This document shows, in pieces, positions 13,601 through 27,572 of a stretch of DNA of 64,000 bases. The DNA is from Takakia lepidozioides (lineage: Eukaryota > Plantae > Bryophyta). The stretch's first letter is position 1, and the number at the start of each line of letters is the position of its first letter. The notes under the pieces are model-generated. The model worked only from the letters and a program-made list of their open reading frames with translations, was not told where the DNA came from and did no database searches. The position numbers and the translations under genes are program-made. Location of the stretch: NCBI GenBank assembly GCA_030704615.1, contig CM060733.1, forward strand, positions 12,338,001-12,402,000, given 5' to 3'.

Positions 13601-16600
13601 ATCTGAGATGGAGTTGTGCTCCTGGCGCCAAGCATTGCTTGGAGAAAAGATGACTGTAATGGCTCCAAATTCTTTTCCCACCAGGAGACAGGGACACCAG
13701 GTGCCCAGAACTCACAACCATAGATGGTAGCAGGGCTGACGACAGTGTCAAACAGCCACTTTTTGGTTGGGGGATGACACAGATGTATTTGCTTGCATTT
13801 GGCCTGAAGGCGGACGGAGGCCACCTTACCTTTAGTCAATCTGTCCCAGGCAGTGGCTGCAAAGTGAAACTTGGGGGAGTGGATAACCAGACCCAGGTAT
13901 CGGTATGATTTCACAATCTCAATTTCTTGCTGGTTGAAGATGAATCTACGATCAGCCTGGCCATTGAAGACCATGATCTTGGTCTTGCTAAGATTGACTT
14001 GCATCCCATAGTCTTTGCAGAACTGTTCCAAAATTTTGAGAGGGCGTTGCAGGAAGACCAGGGATAGTGCCAAAAGGGCAACATCATCAGCATAGAGATC
14101 TGATTGCGTTGGTCCCCCATCCAATGGTACCCCAACCCCATGGTTTTTTGATATGTAATTCTCCAAAGCGTCAATGTAGATCCCGAACAGGGTAGGTGAA
14201 AGGGGGCAGCCCTGTTTGACTCCAATGTTGCTGTGGACCTCGGCTGAGAATTCACCAGCGACGTTGACCATGCCAGTGACAATCTCATACATAGAAGAGA
14301 TGGCACAAAGGATGTCTGGAGGGACTTCCACTCTATGGAGCCGTTGGAAGAGAAGGTCCCAAGGAACTGAATCAAAGACTTTGTGAAAGTCCACGAAGCA
14401 AACATAGACTATTCGTTTGTCATAGCGTGCACTTTCCACCATAACCTGAAGAGTGAAGATGTGGTCAATAGTGGATCTGTTGCGACGGAAACCAGCCTGT
14501 CCCTCAGCACGAATGCGAGAGGACTCAGCCCAATCATCCAGTTCCATGGCCACTACTGCCCCAAACAGTTTAGCAAGTACCGAGGACACCATGATAGTAC
14601 GATAGTTGGTCGGTGCGAGCCTGTCACCGCTCTTGAAGAGTGGGTGGATGATGCTCTTTGTCCACTCTGTGGGAAAGCCCCGTTGCACCACCTCATTGAA
14701 GAGGTTAGCTATAAAAGGGGTTAAAGTAGGTGCAGCATACTTGATGAATTCACTCTGAAGTCCTGAAATGTCCACTGCTCTGCCATTTTGCAGCTTCTTG
14801 ATTGCCTTACTGACATTGGCTGTAGTGAAGAGAGAGAAGTGAAGGGGTTTAGATGTTATAGGAGAGGGAGTCTGGGTTGGGGAATGGTACAAAGACTGTG
14901 CATACTCATGCCAGACGTGAATGTCAGTGATTGGGGGAGGGTCTCTATGAGGTTTAAGGAGGGACCAAAAAGAACGAGGAGAAAATCTGATTTTAGCAAG
15001 GAAAGAAGATTGCAACTCGATAGTGTAGGCTCTCTTTTTGGAAAGAGATAAAATGTACTGATAAGACTTTGTTTCGCCGTAGCCTTGGAGAGAGAGAGAG
15101 AGAGAGAGAGAGGTTGTAATTGCATGCCCCTGCCCTAAATACAGAGAGACACACAAGGAGAGGGAGAAAGAAGTACCTTATGGGCCCCTTCAAGAGCCTG
15201 ACCGCCCTTGATGAGAACACCTTGCACTGCCCCTTTCCCGGTTGCCACCATGACAGCTGTTGGGGTGGCTAGGCCTAGTGCGCATGGGCATGCAATCACT
15301 AGAACTGAAATGCCAAACTGGAGAGCTAGCTCAAACTCATCCATGGACTTAGGAATCAATGACCTGGGATAGGAGCCAGCTTTCCCAGCAGCAAACCATC
15401 CTAGCCATGTAGCGACAGCCACTAACACCACCTGTTGTACAATCTCCCACAGATCCATCTGCTGTTATGAATTCGAACTTCCATTTGGAACAAAGGCAAA
15501 GTGGGGTGCCAAAGATAAGCTATAGGAAGAGAGAAAGAGAGAGAAACAATGACTTGAGGCCACAAGGAGAGACAAGGAGGAGAACGGGTAACTCACAAAA
15601 GGCACAAAATACTTGGAGATGCGGTCAGCAAATTTCTGCACTGGGGCTTTAGCCATTTGGGCCGCTTCCACTAAGCGTACAATCTGGGATAATGCTGTCT
15701 CCGCTCCAACATGAGTGGCTCTCACACGAAGTGCTCCATTTTCGTTAATTGTTCCTCCAATCACTTTGTCTCCCAGTCTCTTTGCAACTGGCTGTGCTTC
15801 ACCAGTAATCATACTCTCATTGACATGAGATTGGCCCCACACAACCAGGCCATCAATGGGCACCTTTGCGCCAGGCACCACCTAGTACCAGTGGACAGAG
15901 ACATTAGAATATAAATTGCACGGTAGCTATGACATATAGTTCATTTGTCAAGTTTAGGTAGGATGTCAACACGGTGAAATGCTTTGATGGTAACAACTTA
16001 TTAAGCAAATGGACCTTAGAGATATTTTCCACATTGTTGCCACACTAAAATCACATGTGCATACCATCTCCAAGTCATCATACCTTGATAATGTCATTCC
16101 TCTGGATGAGTTGTGTGCTGATCACTCTCTCCCCAACAATGCAATCCTGCTCATCAATGGAGAGAAGGGTGGCAGTGTCTGGGGCGAGGTCCATCAGCTT
16201 AGATATGGCTTCTGAAGTCTTCCCCTTTGCCATAACCTCCAAGTACTTTCCCAGGAGGATAAATGAAATTAGCATAGCACTAGTCTCAAAGAAATCAGAG
16301 CCCTGGAATGACGGCGACATTGCTGCTCGAAGCACTGTATATACAGAGTAGAAATATGCAGCATTTGTACCAAGTGCAATCAATACATCCATGTTGGCAG
16401 AACCATGGCGTAGAGCCTTGTATGCCCCAACATAAAATCTTCTCCCAATGAAAAATTGCACCGGAGTCGATAACATCCATCGTAGAAGTGCTCCCAACGT
16501 TAGCATGTTCACAACCTTTTTATCCAGCCCCCCTTTTATACCTGGTATGTACATGAATACCATGGATAGGAGAAAGACAGGTACTGTGAAAATGCAACTC

Positions 16601-18642
16601 CAGAGGAAGTATCGCCTGTATCTCAGGATTTCAATGCTACGGTCGGGCCCTCCCTCTCCTGGGTGAGCAAATAAGCTTGCCTTATACAAACCTGGCTGAG
16701 ATCCAGTCTGTTCTACTATCTCAATAAAGCAACGAGGCCCTGTCTTATCTGGGTCAAACGAAACCTGCACTGTGCTGCCCTGGGGGTCCATTTCTACTGA
16801 TTGAACACCAGGAAGAGCCTTTAGTGAAATCTCAATCAGTCTCATTGCCTCATGTGAATCAACTCCTTCCAACTTCAAATTTATTTTATTCCTCTCTTCT
16901 CCAGCACTGATCAACTCAACTTCAAATCCCACATCATCGATGGTCTCCATTAGTTGTACATGATTTATCGACTTAGGATCATATTGGACCTCAGCTTCCT
17001 CTGTAGCAAGAGCAACCACTGCCTTTTTCACTCCAGAAAGTTTAGTCAGGGCAGCTTCAATCGAGGTTGAACAAGAAGTGCAAGTCATGCCTTTGATGCG
17101 AAAGCGGGCAGTGATAATGGCCACTTGGGGGGCGTTGTCAGCAATCATACTGGCCTCAAACCCTGCATCCTCAATCGCCTCACGAATGGTCTCTTCCTGT
17201 GTTGGATTCAAACAATTCACCAATGTGGTCGGTCAATACCTTGGGAAAGGAGAAGCCATACCTCACGATAACAAAAGAAGCCTATTGAAGTCCAAAAGGA
17301 GGTCATCAAGGAATAAATATCTTTGCAGATTGCATTAATATCATGTCTTTCATGCTGCCAGTAAGCAAATCCAGAGGGTAGGACAGAGACGGACAACCAA
17401 CCATCTCAGACAAGACAGATGTACAAAGCCTACTATTAATGAGAGGATAATCAGAAGCCATAACACCATCTCTTGCTGGTCCTCTGTGGCTCTATTGTTC
17501 GGTGTGGTAGTTCTACACTGTTGCATTCAACCCTGCTTATCTCCGACAAAACTGGGTGCACATTGTGTCACGACAAGGCTAAGGCAGACCATGTCTTATG
17601 ACTACATCATCAAGCAGTTTTACTGATTCTGGGATCGATTTTGCAAGCCCAGTAGGCAAGAGGTAGCCACAGAAAATGCAACTTAGAAGTCAGGGGAGAT
17701 GATGAGTAGTCAAAAACCTCAACAAAAGCAGGTCGATAAAACACTTGGGCCCTATTTTGAAGTACTGCCACCGTTGCATCCTCAATCCCGGGCAGCCGCT
17801 TTACAGCCTTCTCAATTGACCCCGCACATGCTGCACATTCCATGCCAGTTACCTGAAAGACATTCCATCACACTCACTAGGTCAGTCAGCTAGTTCTTCC
17901 TATCAACTCCTCCACGAATTAATTTCCCTGTGTCAGTATCATGCTTCTGGGGCACATCCACCAACCAAGGTCAGTTCATGACGGCTTTATTACCTCAACA
18001 GAGTTATGTGACCCAGATTCTACCAAGATTTGAAGCACATGAACAGCCAGAATCCATGGAGCCTAGAATTCCGTAGGACGAGAGATCTTATATTTTATCC
18101 ATGGTTTGATATTTTCAATACGAGGAGGTTCAAGCATCCATTTGACACTGGCTAGAGGAGGTGCTTCAATTTATTCACACGAGTGGACAACTAAATTACA
18201 AATCAGATATCAGGACCAAGGCAGGGTGTAAAAGCTACTTCTTGTACGCAGAACGTTCTCGAGAAAAATTGCTTTGACATAAACACCACAAAATTTCAAG
18301 ACATGCTAAAGGCCTTTGTAGGAAAACATATACTTTAGTTCCTACAATCCTTACAGCATCCATATAAGAGAAACGACGACGAAGAGGGACTTATCCACTC
18401 AAGATCCCCGACCTCAGAAGGTTAGAAACTGAGAGAGAGATAATAAGTACACGAAAACGAACCTGGAATGTCGCTTTGCGAATATCGGTGGCATCAACAT
18501 CAGCGCGAGGCAGTGTCGAAGGATAGCGCGGCATTGAAGGGTAGTGCGGGGATGGAAGAAGCACTATGCTCTCGCTTGGACACCCAGGGGACGAGGAGGG
18601 GCCCCTCTTTAAGATTGCCATGTCGATAATTCGTGACGCCAT
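10605..18642 (-). CDS. HMA5: Copper-transporting P1B-1 ATPase, HMA5-like, 995 aa, 8 coding exons
   Basis: Exons 18463-18642, 17718-17852, 16084-17196, 15597-15881, 15177-15431, 12423-12545, 11442-11927, 10605-11015. All introns are GT-AG and phase 0, and the frame stays open. Motifs: [48 protein letters not shown]...MAASS. Confidence 0.95.
12792..15087 (-). mobile_element. 5'-truncated LINE (RTE/RTEX-like) in HMA5 intron 5, same orientation as the gene
   Basis: RT ORF 13378-15087 ([40 protein letters not shown]). Frameshifted C-terminus [11 protein letters not shown]...[13 protein letters not shown] (12912-13381). (CATTT)3 tail at 12792-12810; (GA)n at the 5' junction, 15088-15112. Confidence 0.9.
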
Positions 18643-18783
18643 CTGAAAAAAATTGAGGACTTCAAACCAATAAGCAAAACCACAAAACCAGGTCGTAATT
18701 TCTGCTCCTTTACAGATTCAGGTTCCGACCAGAATCCTCTCCTGCTCCTCCCTGCCGTTCCAAATTCAACTTCAATTACTCAC
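18643..18783 (-). other. Probable 5'-UTR intron of HMA5 ending immediately before the ATG
   Basis: On the - strand: donor GTGAGT at 18783 and acceptor TTTTTTCAG|ATG at 18643; TATA-like TTATATAATA near 19061-19070. Confidence 0.55.
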
Positions 18784-19670
18784 GCTAGGTTGCACCGGTT
18801 CTTCCAAGAAACCTTGCCTCCCACGTTTCCCCCTCTCATTTCTTCCCTACACAAATCCACTCACACCCCCCGAAAAACTCGGACTATGAATTCTATGCAT
18901 TTCAAATTCTTCAATCCTCCAAAAACAAAACCACCTCGCACTCATCTCCTCCCTTTCCAACCTGTCCACTCACCACAACCTTGCCCATCCCTCTGGCCCC
19001 TCCATATTTTTGGCGTATCAGAGACTTTGTAGGGCACCTCCTTGTCCGCTTCCTTCTCCTTATTATATAACTCGGGATTCCTTGCCTCTGAGATCTCTGA
19101 CTTCTCAATCCCTCACATTCTGTCTTCTCCCTCGATTACGCTCGGCTACCCGGAGCCTCACCCGGTGCCCATGGCCACGTCGGCAGCCCATACATACATC
19201 TCCGACCAAAACACATGACATGATGGTGTGCTATGCATCCCTATTCGTCCGATACATATCATCCCCATGACGTCATGGTCATCACCACATCAGGTGCTAG
19301 CTCTACATTGCGTCTAGGCTAAGTTTGGCCTTTTCTTAATAATGTCTTTTAACGTAACCTTGTATTGCTAGGCGCCAAGCACCAGGCCGCCACAGGGGAA
19401 GAAGATTATATGACATCCATCGAGGTAGCAGGATTTGAACCCAAAGTCACTTTGGTGGCACTATCCAATGACTGGTGGTTTTTCTTTAATACAACCTATT
19501 GAGAAAATGAGCAAATGAGAAAGAGCAATACTAGAGCTAGTTGCCATCAGTGTAGGGTGCACAAGCTTTTCTTTTTGGTTTTTTCTTTTAAACAAAGAAC
19601 TCAAAACGAAGCTCTGGAAATTGCATCATAATGAAAGGGAAGAGTACAAATGGAAAAAAAAAACCTAACG

Positions 19671-20030
19671 AGGGTCGTAAAGGCGAACTACATACAACCA
19701 GAAACACGAGAGAAGGCCGAAGCACCTTTGGCTCCAGACACAATGCACTTGTTGTTCAAAATAATACCCCCTACTGGTCCATTCAAGGATTATTCTATGA
19801 TTTCACATTGAATATTCACCAATATTACAAAATAATTCGGATATTAACTTTTCTAAAAAAAAAACTGACAAGGGTCGTAAAGGCGAGTGCACAAGGAACT
19901 ATATACAACCAGAAACAAGAGAGAAGGCTCAAGCACCTTTGGATCCAGACACAATGCACTTACTGTTCAAAATAATACCCCCTACTGGTCCATTCAAGGA
20001 TTATTCTATGATTTCACATTGAATATTCAC
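19671..20030 (+). repeat. ~150-bp near-identical direct duplication upstream of HMA5
   Basis: AGGGTCGTAAAGGCGA...GAATATTCAC at 19671-19819 and 19871-20030. Confidence 0.9.
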
Positions 20031-20580
20031 ATCAAATATTATTATTATTTTTTGCATTGAATTTTATTTCTTCGTGCCCAACATCAGAAAAATATATAGG
20101 ACGACACTGCACACCTGAAACTGCACACATTTCTTAAAGGGTCCATTTTAGGTGTTTCCACTTGAAAGAAAGACAAGGAGGGCCAAGAGGGCACAACACA
20201 GAGGAAAAGAGAAGTAGAAAAACATAGAAAAGAGTTGGCAAGCACAGAAAAACACAGAAAAGATTTCCACCTGTTCCAAAGGGTATGCCCTATGCACCAG
20301 TATCCACTCTAAGACAAGCCCACATAGGGCATGAATTCCATAAGACACATTGATATATATGAATATACTAAATTAAGCTTAAGAGCTAGCATAACAATTT
20401 CAAAATGGACTATAACAAATTTGTCTGTCTATCCTTAATCAGAGATAGAGATGAAGCCTTAAAAGAGGACATCTTCTAATGGCCATAATTAGAGCATTCC
20501 AATGTTCGTCGGTTATCAAAGACCCACCCGGTTAATTACAGGTTATTTGCCGGGTAAGGATAATTACAGCCGGAGGCTAT

Positions 20581-21833
20581 GAGCATCTCCACGGTAAGCA
20601 CGGCACGTTAAACCAACCAACGGGGAGAACCGGCAGCCAGTTACATGCTAGCCGACTGATTTGCAGAATTTCCGAATGAAATATGAAACCTCAGGAAATG
20701 GATCCGAGGGGAAAAAATGGCCAAAGCGGATATCAACCGGGTGCCCTACTTTTAGGAAGGATATTTGCCATTCCATTTTATTACATACAGGAAATCTGCC
20801 TTAGTTGGCAAGGCCTTGACGGATTCCGGCCCTTCTTATATTACAAAATACGGAAATCGAAGTCTGCCACATGGCAGAAATCCAACGTGCCAGGCCGGAT
20901 TACATCCGAGGAAGGGCGTTTAGGTGAAAAAATATTGAACTCAAGAGTGCCCGCCCGCGGGCAAACCCTACGAAGTCTGGACGTTGCTCTCGGAGCCCCA
21001 GCCCCACTCCTGCTTGCACTCGCTGCCTGCTATCACAGCTCACCTGTCCACACGGGTTCAATTCTTGGCCTCCATGTGGTTTGAGGGCATTGACAGGTCC
21101 AACTTCTATAAGGATACAACGTTCTTCACTTGTTTGAATTGCTTAAAACTGGTTGTGATTATTATTTATTTATTTTACTTATTGTTGTGCATTTGACACT
21201 TGTGTTGTCAACCGGTTGATATTTATAAGGGCCGGATTTATAGCTGAACACAAAATAAATCATTAGGAATATTACCGGTTGTAAAAAAATTATCTTGGAA
21301 ATTGACCGGGTATAGTTACCACTAAGGGGCAGCAACCGACTGCCCAACCCATTTAGCCGATTGCTGCTGGGAATGAGCGGCTACTAGCTGGTTCAACTCA
21401 AATTATTTCCCGGACGTTGCGTCAAACACTACATGCCCTGGTAATGACGGGTTGGTTGAAACTCCACGGTTGGGACAGTAAGGGACACGGCAAAGATAAC
21501 CCTGGGGCAGGCCCGCCCCTCAATCACGATATGGGCGCGTTGACCGAGACATCATATCACATTAACTCCCAAATAACTCACAAGTTTAATGTAGCGTGGT
21601 TGGCAGGTCCAGGCAGGATTAAGGCGGGGCCTGCAAAAATTCTGCCAGGACTTTTTTGGACCCCGCGCTGCCGTTTTGGGGCAAGTACCATGGCACCGTG
21701 GGGATGCTCCAAGAGAGAATCGTGGACACTGAATACAGCCGGGGCCTGCAGAAAATCTGCCAGGACTTTTTGGACCCCGTGCGCGGGTAGATTGCCGTTT
21801 TGGGGCAAGTACCATAGCACCGTGGAGATGCTC
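20581..21833. mobile_element. Non-autonomous PIF/Harbinger (Tourist-like) element, long member
   Basis: TIRs GAGCATCTCCACGGT / ACCGTGGAGATGCTC; right flank TAA, left flank TAT. The right part (21530-21833) is homologous, in inverted orientation, to the MITE at 27814-28219. Confidence 0.7.
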
Positions 21834-22436
21834 TAAGAGAGAACCGTGGACACTGAATACAGCCGGTACTGTACAGCTCAAATACCCGGGGAACACCCTG
21901 AACCCTATGAGTGAATAGCATATGCAGACATAGAATTGAACGGGATATCCTTTAAGTTGACGGAAGCGGTTATGGTAGCTATGGTTTTGCAATAAATAGT
22001 AGTTTTCTTTTGGTGTTCAAGGGTATGTATACTGTACATTGAAGTTGAAACGACACATTGAACGTGAGATGTGGCGGCTGTGCTTGTGCTGTGACGGCTA
22101 GACCCTACTTGGAATATCACCTCAGGGTTGTGATTTGTTTGTGAACCGGCAAATAACCTGACCACACATATTATTGAAAATTTTATAACCGTACCCTACA
22201 AATAACCTTCATTCAAGGTGCATATTTTACCTACAACCAGATTACTACGTGAGTCAGCTTATATAACCTGAACCTTATGAGCTTTGAAAAAATCAATGGA
22301 GCATTCCTCCCCCCAGCCTCAAAAGTCCTCAAGTACCCAGGTATTAAGTAGCTGATTGACCCAAATACCTCCTTTTTGTAGTTGGGCCAGCCATAATGGT
22401 TGACATCCCATATATATATATATATGGAAGATAATA

Positions 22437-22999
22437 GAAATAATGTAACAACTTAATGCGCGAGTGCAACCTCTGATGAGTGCAACCTCTGATGGTACGC
22501 CGGTTTCGGGCATGTGAAATCTTCCCCACCCTCTCTTGAGAGTGACATGGAACTGAAGGAGTGTAAACTCCAGTCCGGGTTACATTCAGTTACACAACGA
22601 GGTGTGTAACTCCACTCGGGGTTACACATAATGGAGTGTAACCCCAGTCGATGTAATCCACACTTGGTCTTGAAATTTGACTAAGTCCAAATGTGGCTAA
22701 GTATAAAATGGACTAACTAGAGTTACATGAGAAACTACCGGGGTTACAGAGGGTTACACTACAAGAGCCTCCCATCAAGAATCGAACCCCAAAAAACTCC
22801 CCGCCTGCAATGCTATCACCTTACCGTCACGCTTACCAACCACAACTTAAAACCAATTCGGATTCTTAAGTATTTATAATAGCGAAACTGAGGTAAGATG
22901 GGGTGGGGAGGATTTGATGGGGGGGGGGGGGCCGGAGAAGCCCATGTTGCCGGAAGTACCGTCAGATCGCACACGTCCATTAAGTTCTTACATTATTCC
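22437..22999. mobile_element. MITE-like element with ~90-bp imperfect TIRs and TA flanks
   Basis: GAAATAATGTAACAACTTAATG...TCTGATGGTAC versus the inverted GTACCGTCAGA...CATTAAGTTCTTACATTATTCC; TA on both sides; internal GTGTAAC/GTTACAC mini-palindromes. Confidence 0.5.
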
Positions 23000-24673
23000 T
23001 AGTCTACCTATATATAGAGAGAGAAAAGACTCCTGCCGAAACCTGCGTAACTAAGAGCCACTTCCTATATATATATATATATCGCTTTGAACCCACGACT
23101 ACTTATAAGGTGGCCCTAACCATTAGGCCATTTGTTGGATGTTATCTCTTAATCATTAAACACTTGGAGCATACACACTCTCCACTTTGCAGCCATGTAA
23201 CCACCACAAGTGAGAGTGAGATACTCTACCATGTACTTCATCTCTAAGCCAAATCTTATATTGTAAGGGGTTTTATACTTCAAAGTTTGATTTACCTTTC
23301 GAAATTGTTAAATGCCAGTTAGAGCAATCATATTAAATAATCTCATGGTAGTGTCCAAATCAATCTTCAAAAAAATATAAAATCTAAGTGTATGAGTTTA
23401 TTGTTATTTGAATGCTAGTTGAATACATCAAAGAGTAATTTCAAAGAAGTTCCTATTTAATTTTATCAAATTGCTATTGTCTTCTATTTGGAAGGTGAAC
23501 ACCTTGTAACGGTTGTAGTAGGAGGAGTGCAGTGCCAAAACCCCCTCCATTCACCCGAAAGTCTTAAATGCCCACACATTAGGTGACAAATTGATTGATT
23601 CAATTTTTATAGTTGGGTTGGTTGGAATGGGAAACCAACAGACACCTATGTGGCTTTGAACCCACAAATATTTGTAAGACAATGTTGTCCCCTCTACAAC
23701 TAGGTCATATATGTTGGTGGATACTTTGCACTTGCATATGTTATTACTCTTCGGGCACTCACCCTGTGGAATATTTGGAAGGCTAGATGTCCTTCGTTTT
23801 TTATGGGCTGGTTCCATGTACTAGAGCTCTTTTGCATAGAGTTCACTCAGACCTGTTGTCTCCCTGAAATATAGCCACTTTTCTAACTGTGTCACCTCGA
23901 TATTCTCGCCACATGGGCACTGCGTGGAATTCACAGGTGGCCCCGCCAGCGATTTGGAAATATGAAAAATAAACACTGTCACATCAGATGCGCATGTCAC
24001 TGTATGTGGATGTGAGATCGCGATGTCATACATGACCTATGGTTGTATTCCATGCTGTCCACTGCGTGGGAACATGAACAATGAGAAACATGGAACTTGC
24101 TGACAGGGACCACTGGCGAAAGGGATGTCGCACTTGCCGGACACGTGTGTGGACTTAAATATTGGACGACTCTACGCGACAAATGCCGTCGCGCAATCGG
24201 GCGTAAAGCAGGGGTGCCGACCCCACCCCACCCGACCCTACCCGACCTCAATACCGTTTTTAGTTTCAGTTACCTTCCGGGCCCCCAGGGCATGTGCCGG
24301 TACACTGAACCGAGAGGCTCGTTTGGAAGTCATGCTTATGGGACACCGCCCTTGGGAAGACATTTGATTTTCTTTCCAGCTTTGGAAACCTAATGGCAAC
24401 CTCGGGGCCCGCCTCTGTCCCTTTTCGTACTATGTCCCTTATGGGACATTCTGCCGCGTAAGCTGCCTGCCGCGTAAAGTGGCAAGAGACAGGCAGAGCG
24501 ACACACTTTTTCGAGACGGGCAGTGCAAGCCGGGCAGAAAGCCACCACCCCAAGTGGCGAAAAAACGAGCTGGCACCTCTAGAAAGGTCGCGAAATGGCA
24601 CGTGGCTCGCTTTTAAGAGGGTCACGCTGGCAGTCGTAAGATTTTCTGGCAACAACCTCCAATTCTTTCCTCC

Positions 24674-25560
24674 TTTTTTTTTTTTTTTTTTTTTTAAAAG
24701 GAAACCTGGGAGCGACTGCTCACAATTCAGGCCCTTGCGGAGGGGGAAAAACAGGGGCAGAATAGACTACCTACTCATTATTATATTTCGGAGGGGAAAA
24801 GCCTAAAAATTATCGCCATGCCAAGCATGCCCATCTACAAGGGCGGGTCCATGTTGTTCTTGCTGCATTGATGAGAATGGATGTTCCAACAGCATTGCAA
24901 AATCTGTAACTGTGTGAGCAAAATTTCAGTTTGGTTACACAGTTCTCTATGGACATTTGGAAAAATTCAGATTATTAGATTTCGCTCGCTGAACCCCTAA
25001 ATGCTTAACCGACCTGAAACAGGTGGCAACCATATTTTTAAGTCCGTGTATCTTCCCGCATTCGTGTTGTATTGGTAAGTAACAAGAGAAATCGTAACCC
25101 CCAACAAGTCTAATAAGGGCTTCCAATTAAGCATAGGGGCTATCCCCTGCGTAAAGACCAGACCTAATTTTTACCTCTAGGCAAGTATTAAGCTGCCACG
25201 TTGCCTTATCCTAGGTAAGAAAACAAGAAAAAGTAAAAGAACCCTGGGCCAGAACATAGCTAACCAAGTGGAATGCCCAAGAAGGCCAGTGATGCATTCA
25301 GCAGCATAAGGTCCCATTCAGATATTAGGCTTTATAGTGGGCATGATAAGTACAAGGAAAAAAATTAGGTGAGGTCTTCATGTATAGGGGAAGGGCCTCA
25401 TCAGCTACCCTTCACAGGCAACGGGTCCCTACATGGCCCCCCCACCATAATAGTCTCCTTACAAATTCACCCCTCCCATATATCACTACAAAGGAGGTAT
25501 AACCAAATCATGTCCAAAAACTCCGAAAATTTAGGAGAAGGTGGCCAACATCATTAGGCA
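24674..25560 (-). mobile_element. Degenerate LINE (L1-like) 3' end
   Basis: Long poly-T at 24674-24695 (poly-A on the - strand). Decayed zf-RVT-like remnants (RRLLWWGGHVGTRC...HLIFF) near 25350-25530. The tail-adjacent motif AAAGGAAAC..CGACTGCTCA..CAGGCCC recurs at ~29574-29610. Confidence 0.4.
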
Positions 25561-27572
25561 TGTCCCTTGAAATTTTAACTCAATTGGCCCAGCCATTTAG
25601 GAATTTCGGCGAGATTGGTGAAAAAAAATTCTACTATGCAAAGTTTGCATATTTTCTCACAAAAAAGATAAAAGATTCCAATTTCTATGGGCACATGTGA
25701 AAGCTTAGGTTGAGGGAGGTAGTTAACAATACAGTGATTAAACGGTGAACGTTTGTAGATATGAGCAAAGTCTTAGTTAGAAGTAAAAAGGTGGCACGAG
25801 GTTCAGGTTTTGCAGATTTTGTGAAAAAGTTATATGCGTTTAGGGGATAAGCATGTTCATAGGCTACCTAAATCTGGGAGTCCAGGCCAGCCACTTATCA
25901 CGATACCTTCACCTACAATGCGCGATTACGCTTACCATAGCACACTATTCTTATGAAGCTTTCGACTTATGTGAACAAACCCAATTTTTATTTTTATTTT
26001 TATTTTTTGAATCACAAAGATCCCAATTGAATCACAAAGATGTGAAAGTCTTGGGATTAAGGAGTTTGAGTGGGTTTTTTAAGTTAAAATAATTAAATTT
26101 AGATTTCATGTAATAAATCATCCATTGAGTAGAAGTGTTAGGGCTCAAGGCCGGCCTGCAAGTGGATGTGGGTTCAGATCAGCCACATAAGTACATGTTG
26201 GATAATAAAGCCCACCCCAGAAAAAGAGGCATTACCGGCAAGGGGGAAGAGGCTCGTAGTTACGCTAACTCCCGGAGGTGTCATTTCTCTCTCTATGTTG
26301 GAAATCACCAATGGCAGCAACGGGTTAGGAATTTTTGAAATGTTAGGTCAATTAGACACCTAATGTATGGGTACTCGGGAGCTTTCAAGTTTCGAGTTAA
26401 TTATGACCGTTAGAATGCGTCCGTCTTATAAACAAAATGTAGTAGCTTGCAATTGGTCATACGAGCATAACTGGGTTGAGCGAAGAATGTAATCACATCT
26501 TTTACTTTTTTTTTTTATACTATGTCTGGTTGGTATTAAGAGACCACGGCCACACATCGCTATAGAAGCGCAATAAAACGTACTTGCTCAAGCATGAGTC
26601 AACCTTATTTACAGAAAAATAAACAACAATTTTTCTTGCATAATGTGAAATTTGGTCCTCCATGCCGCATATTAACCTTTAAGGGCCTGCCATTGGGCAA
26701 ATTTCACCCCTAAAAAAGTACCCTCTAGTCGGTTAACTGAGGCTACACACCTACCATATACATGAAAAAAATGAACCTTACCAGATTCATCTTGTCTACC
26801 ATATACATCTACTCAACAAATTGTGGAAAATTCACCATAGGTCAAGAGAGATTTTAGTGTTTTTTTTTTTTTTTTTTTAATTAAGGGAAATACCCAGTGT
26901 TTTAGTAAGAGGGTATTTTTATTTTTTATTTTGTAAAGTATAAAATGTGAGCCTTGACCAAACTATTTAGGTGACGGGTTGATTTTTCCTGCTCCTGTCT
27001 CCCACATAGAAATGTGCTATGTTATCATGGCCAACTATTGTGAAAGTTTCAAATCAAACAACCTTTTTTTTTACTAGGGTCATTTGTATGTGTTTGAGGT
27101 GACCCCACAATGGCTATTGCATGCCCTGGGAAAGTGACTATTGCATGTGGGGCCCACATAGAATGTATGAAGAGGAGTTGGGGAAGGTTATAGAATGGTG
27201 GGAGGCTCTCAGGGTAGGCGTTGTAGAGGTGTGGCGAGGTAGCTAGGCTATAGCTAAAGAGGGAGCGCATGAAGAGGGAGGGTGGGTAGACTTTGTTGAA
27301 GACCGACAAGGGGTTGTCGGCACGGTTGATAGGGGATGCACCATACTTAGAGAGGTAAAGGGGTTGGTGGCAGGGCAACTGCGAAGAATCCACTAGAGTT
27401 GGCAATCATATGTTTCAGGTACTGCTGCTCTCAATGGCCATGAATTTTAATGGCCTAATTGAATTTTTATTTTGTGTGTCATTGGGAATGGTTGCTTGAA
27501 GTTCCAATGCAGAGTTGGATTGGGTAATCACTAGAGGACTTGATAATCTTCCTAGCATCATGACGTGGCTAG

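Noticed and set aside
19421-19476. tRNA-like segment with B box (GGTTCAAATCC on the - strand)
   Set aside because: No complete cloverleaf or A box; at most a SINE/tRNA-derived relic.
22769-22838. tRNA-like segment (GGTTCGATTC on the - strand)
   Set aside because: Acceptor and D stems do not pair, and it lies inside a MITE-like element.
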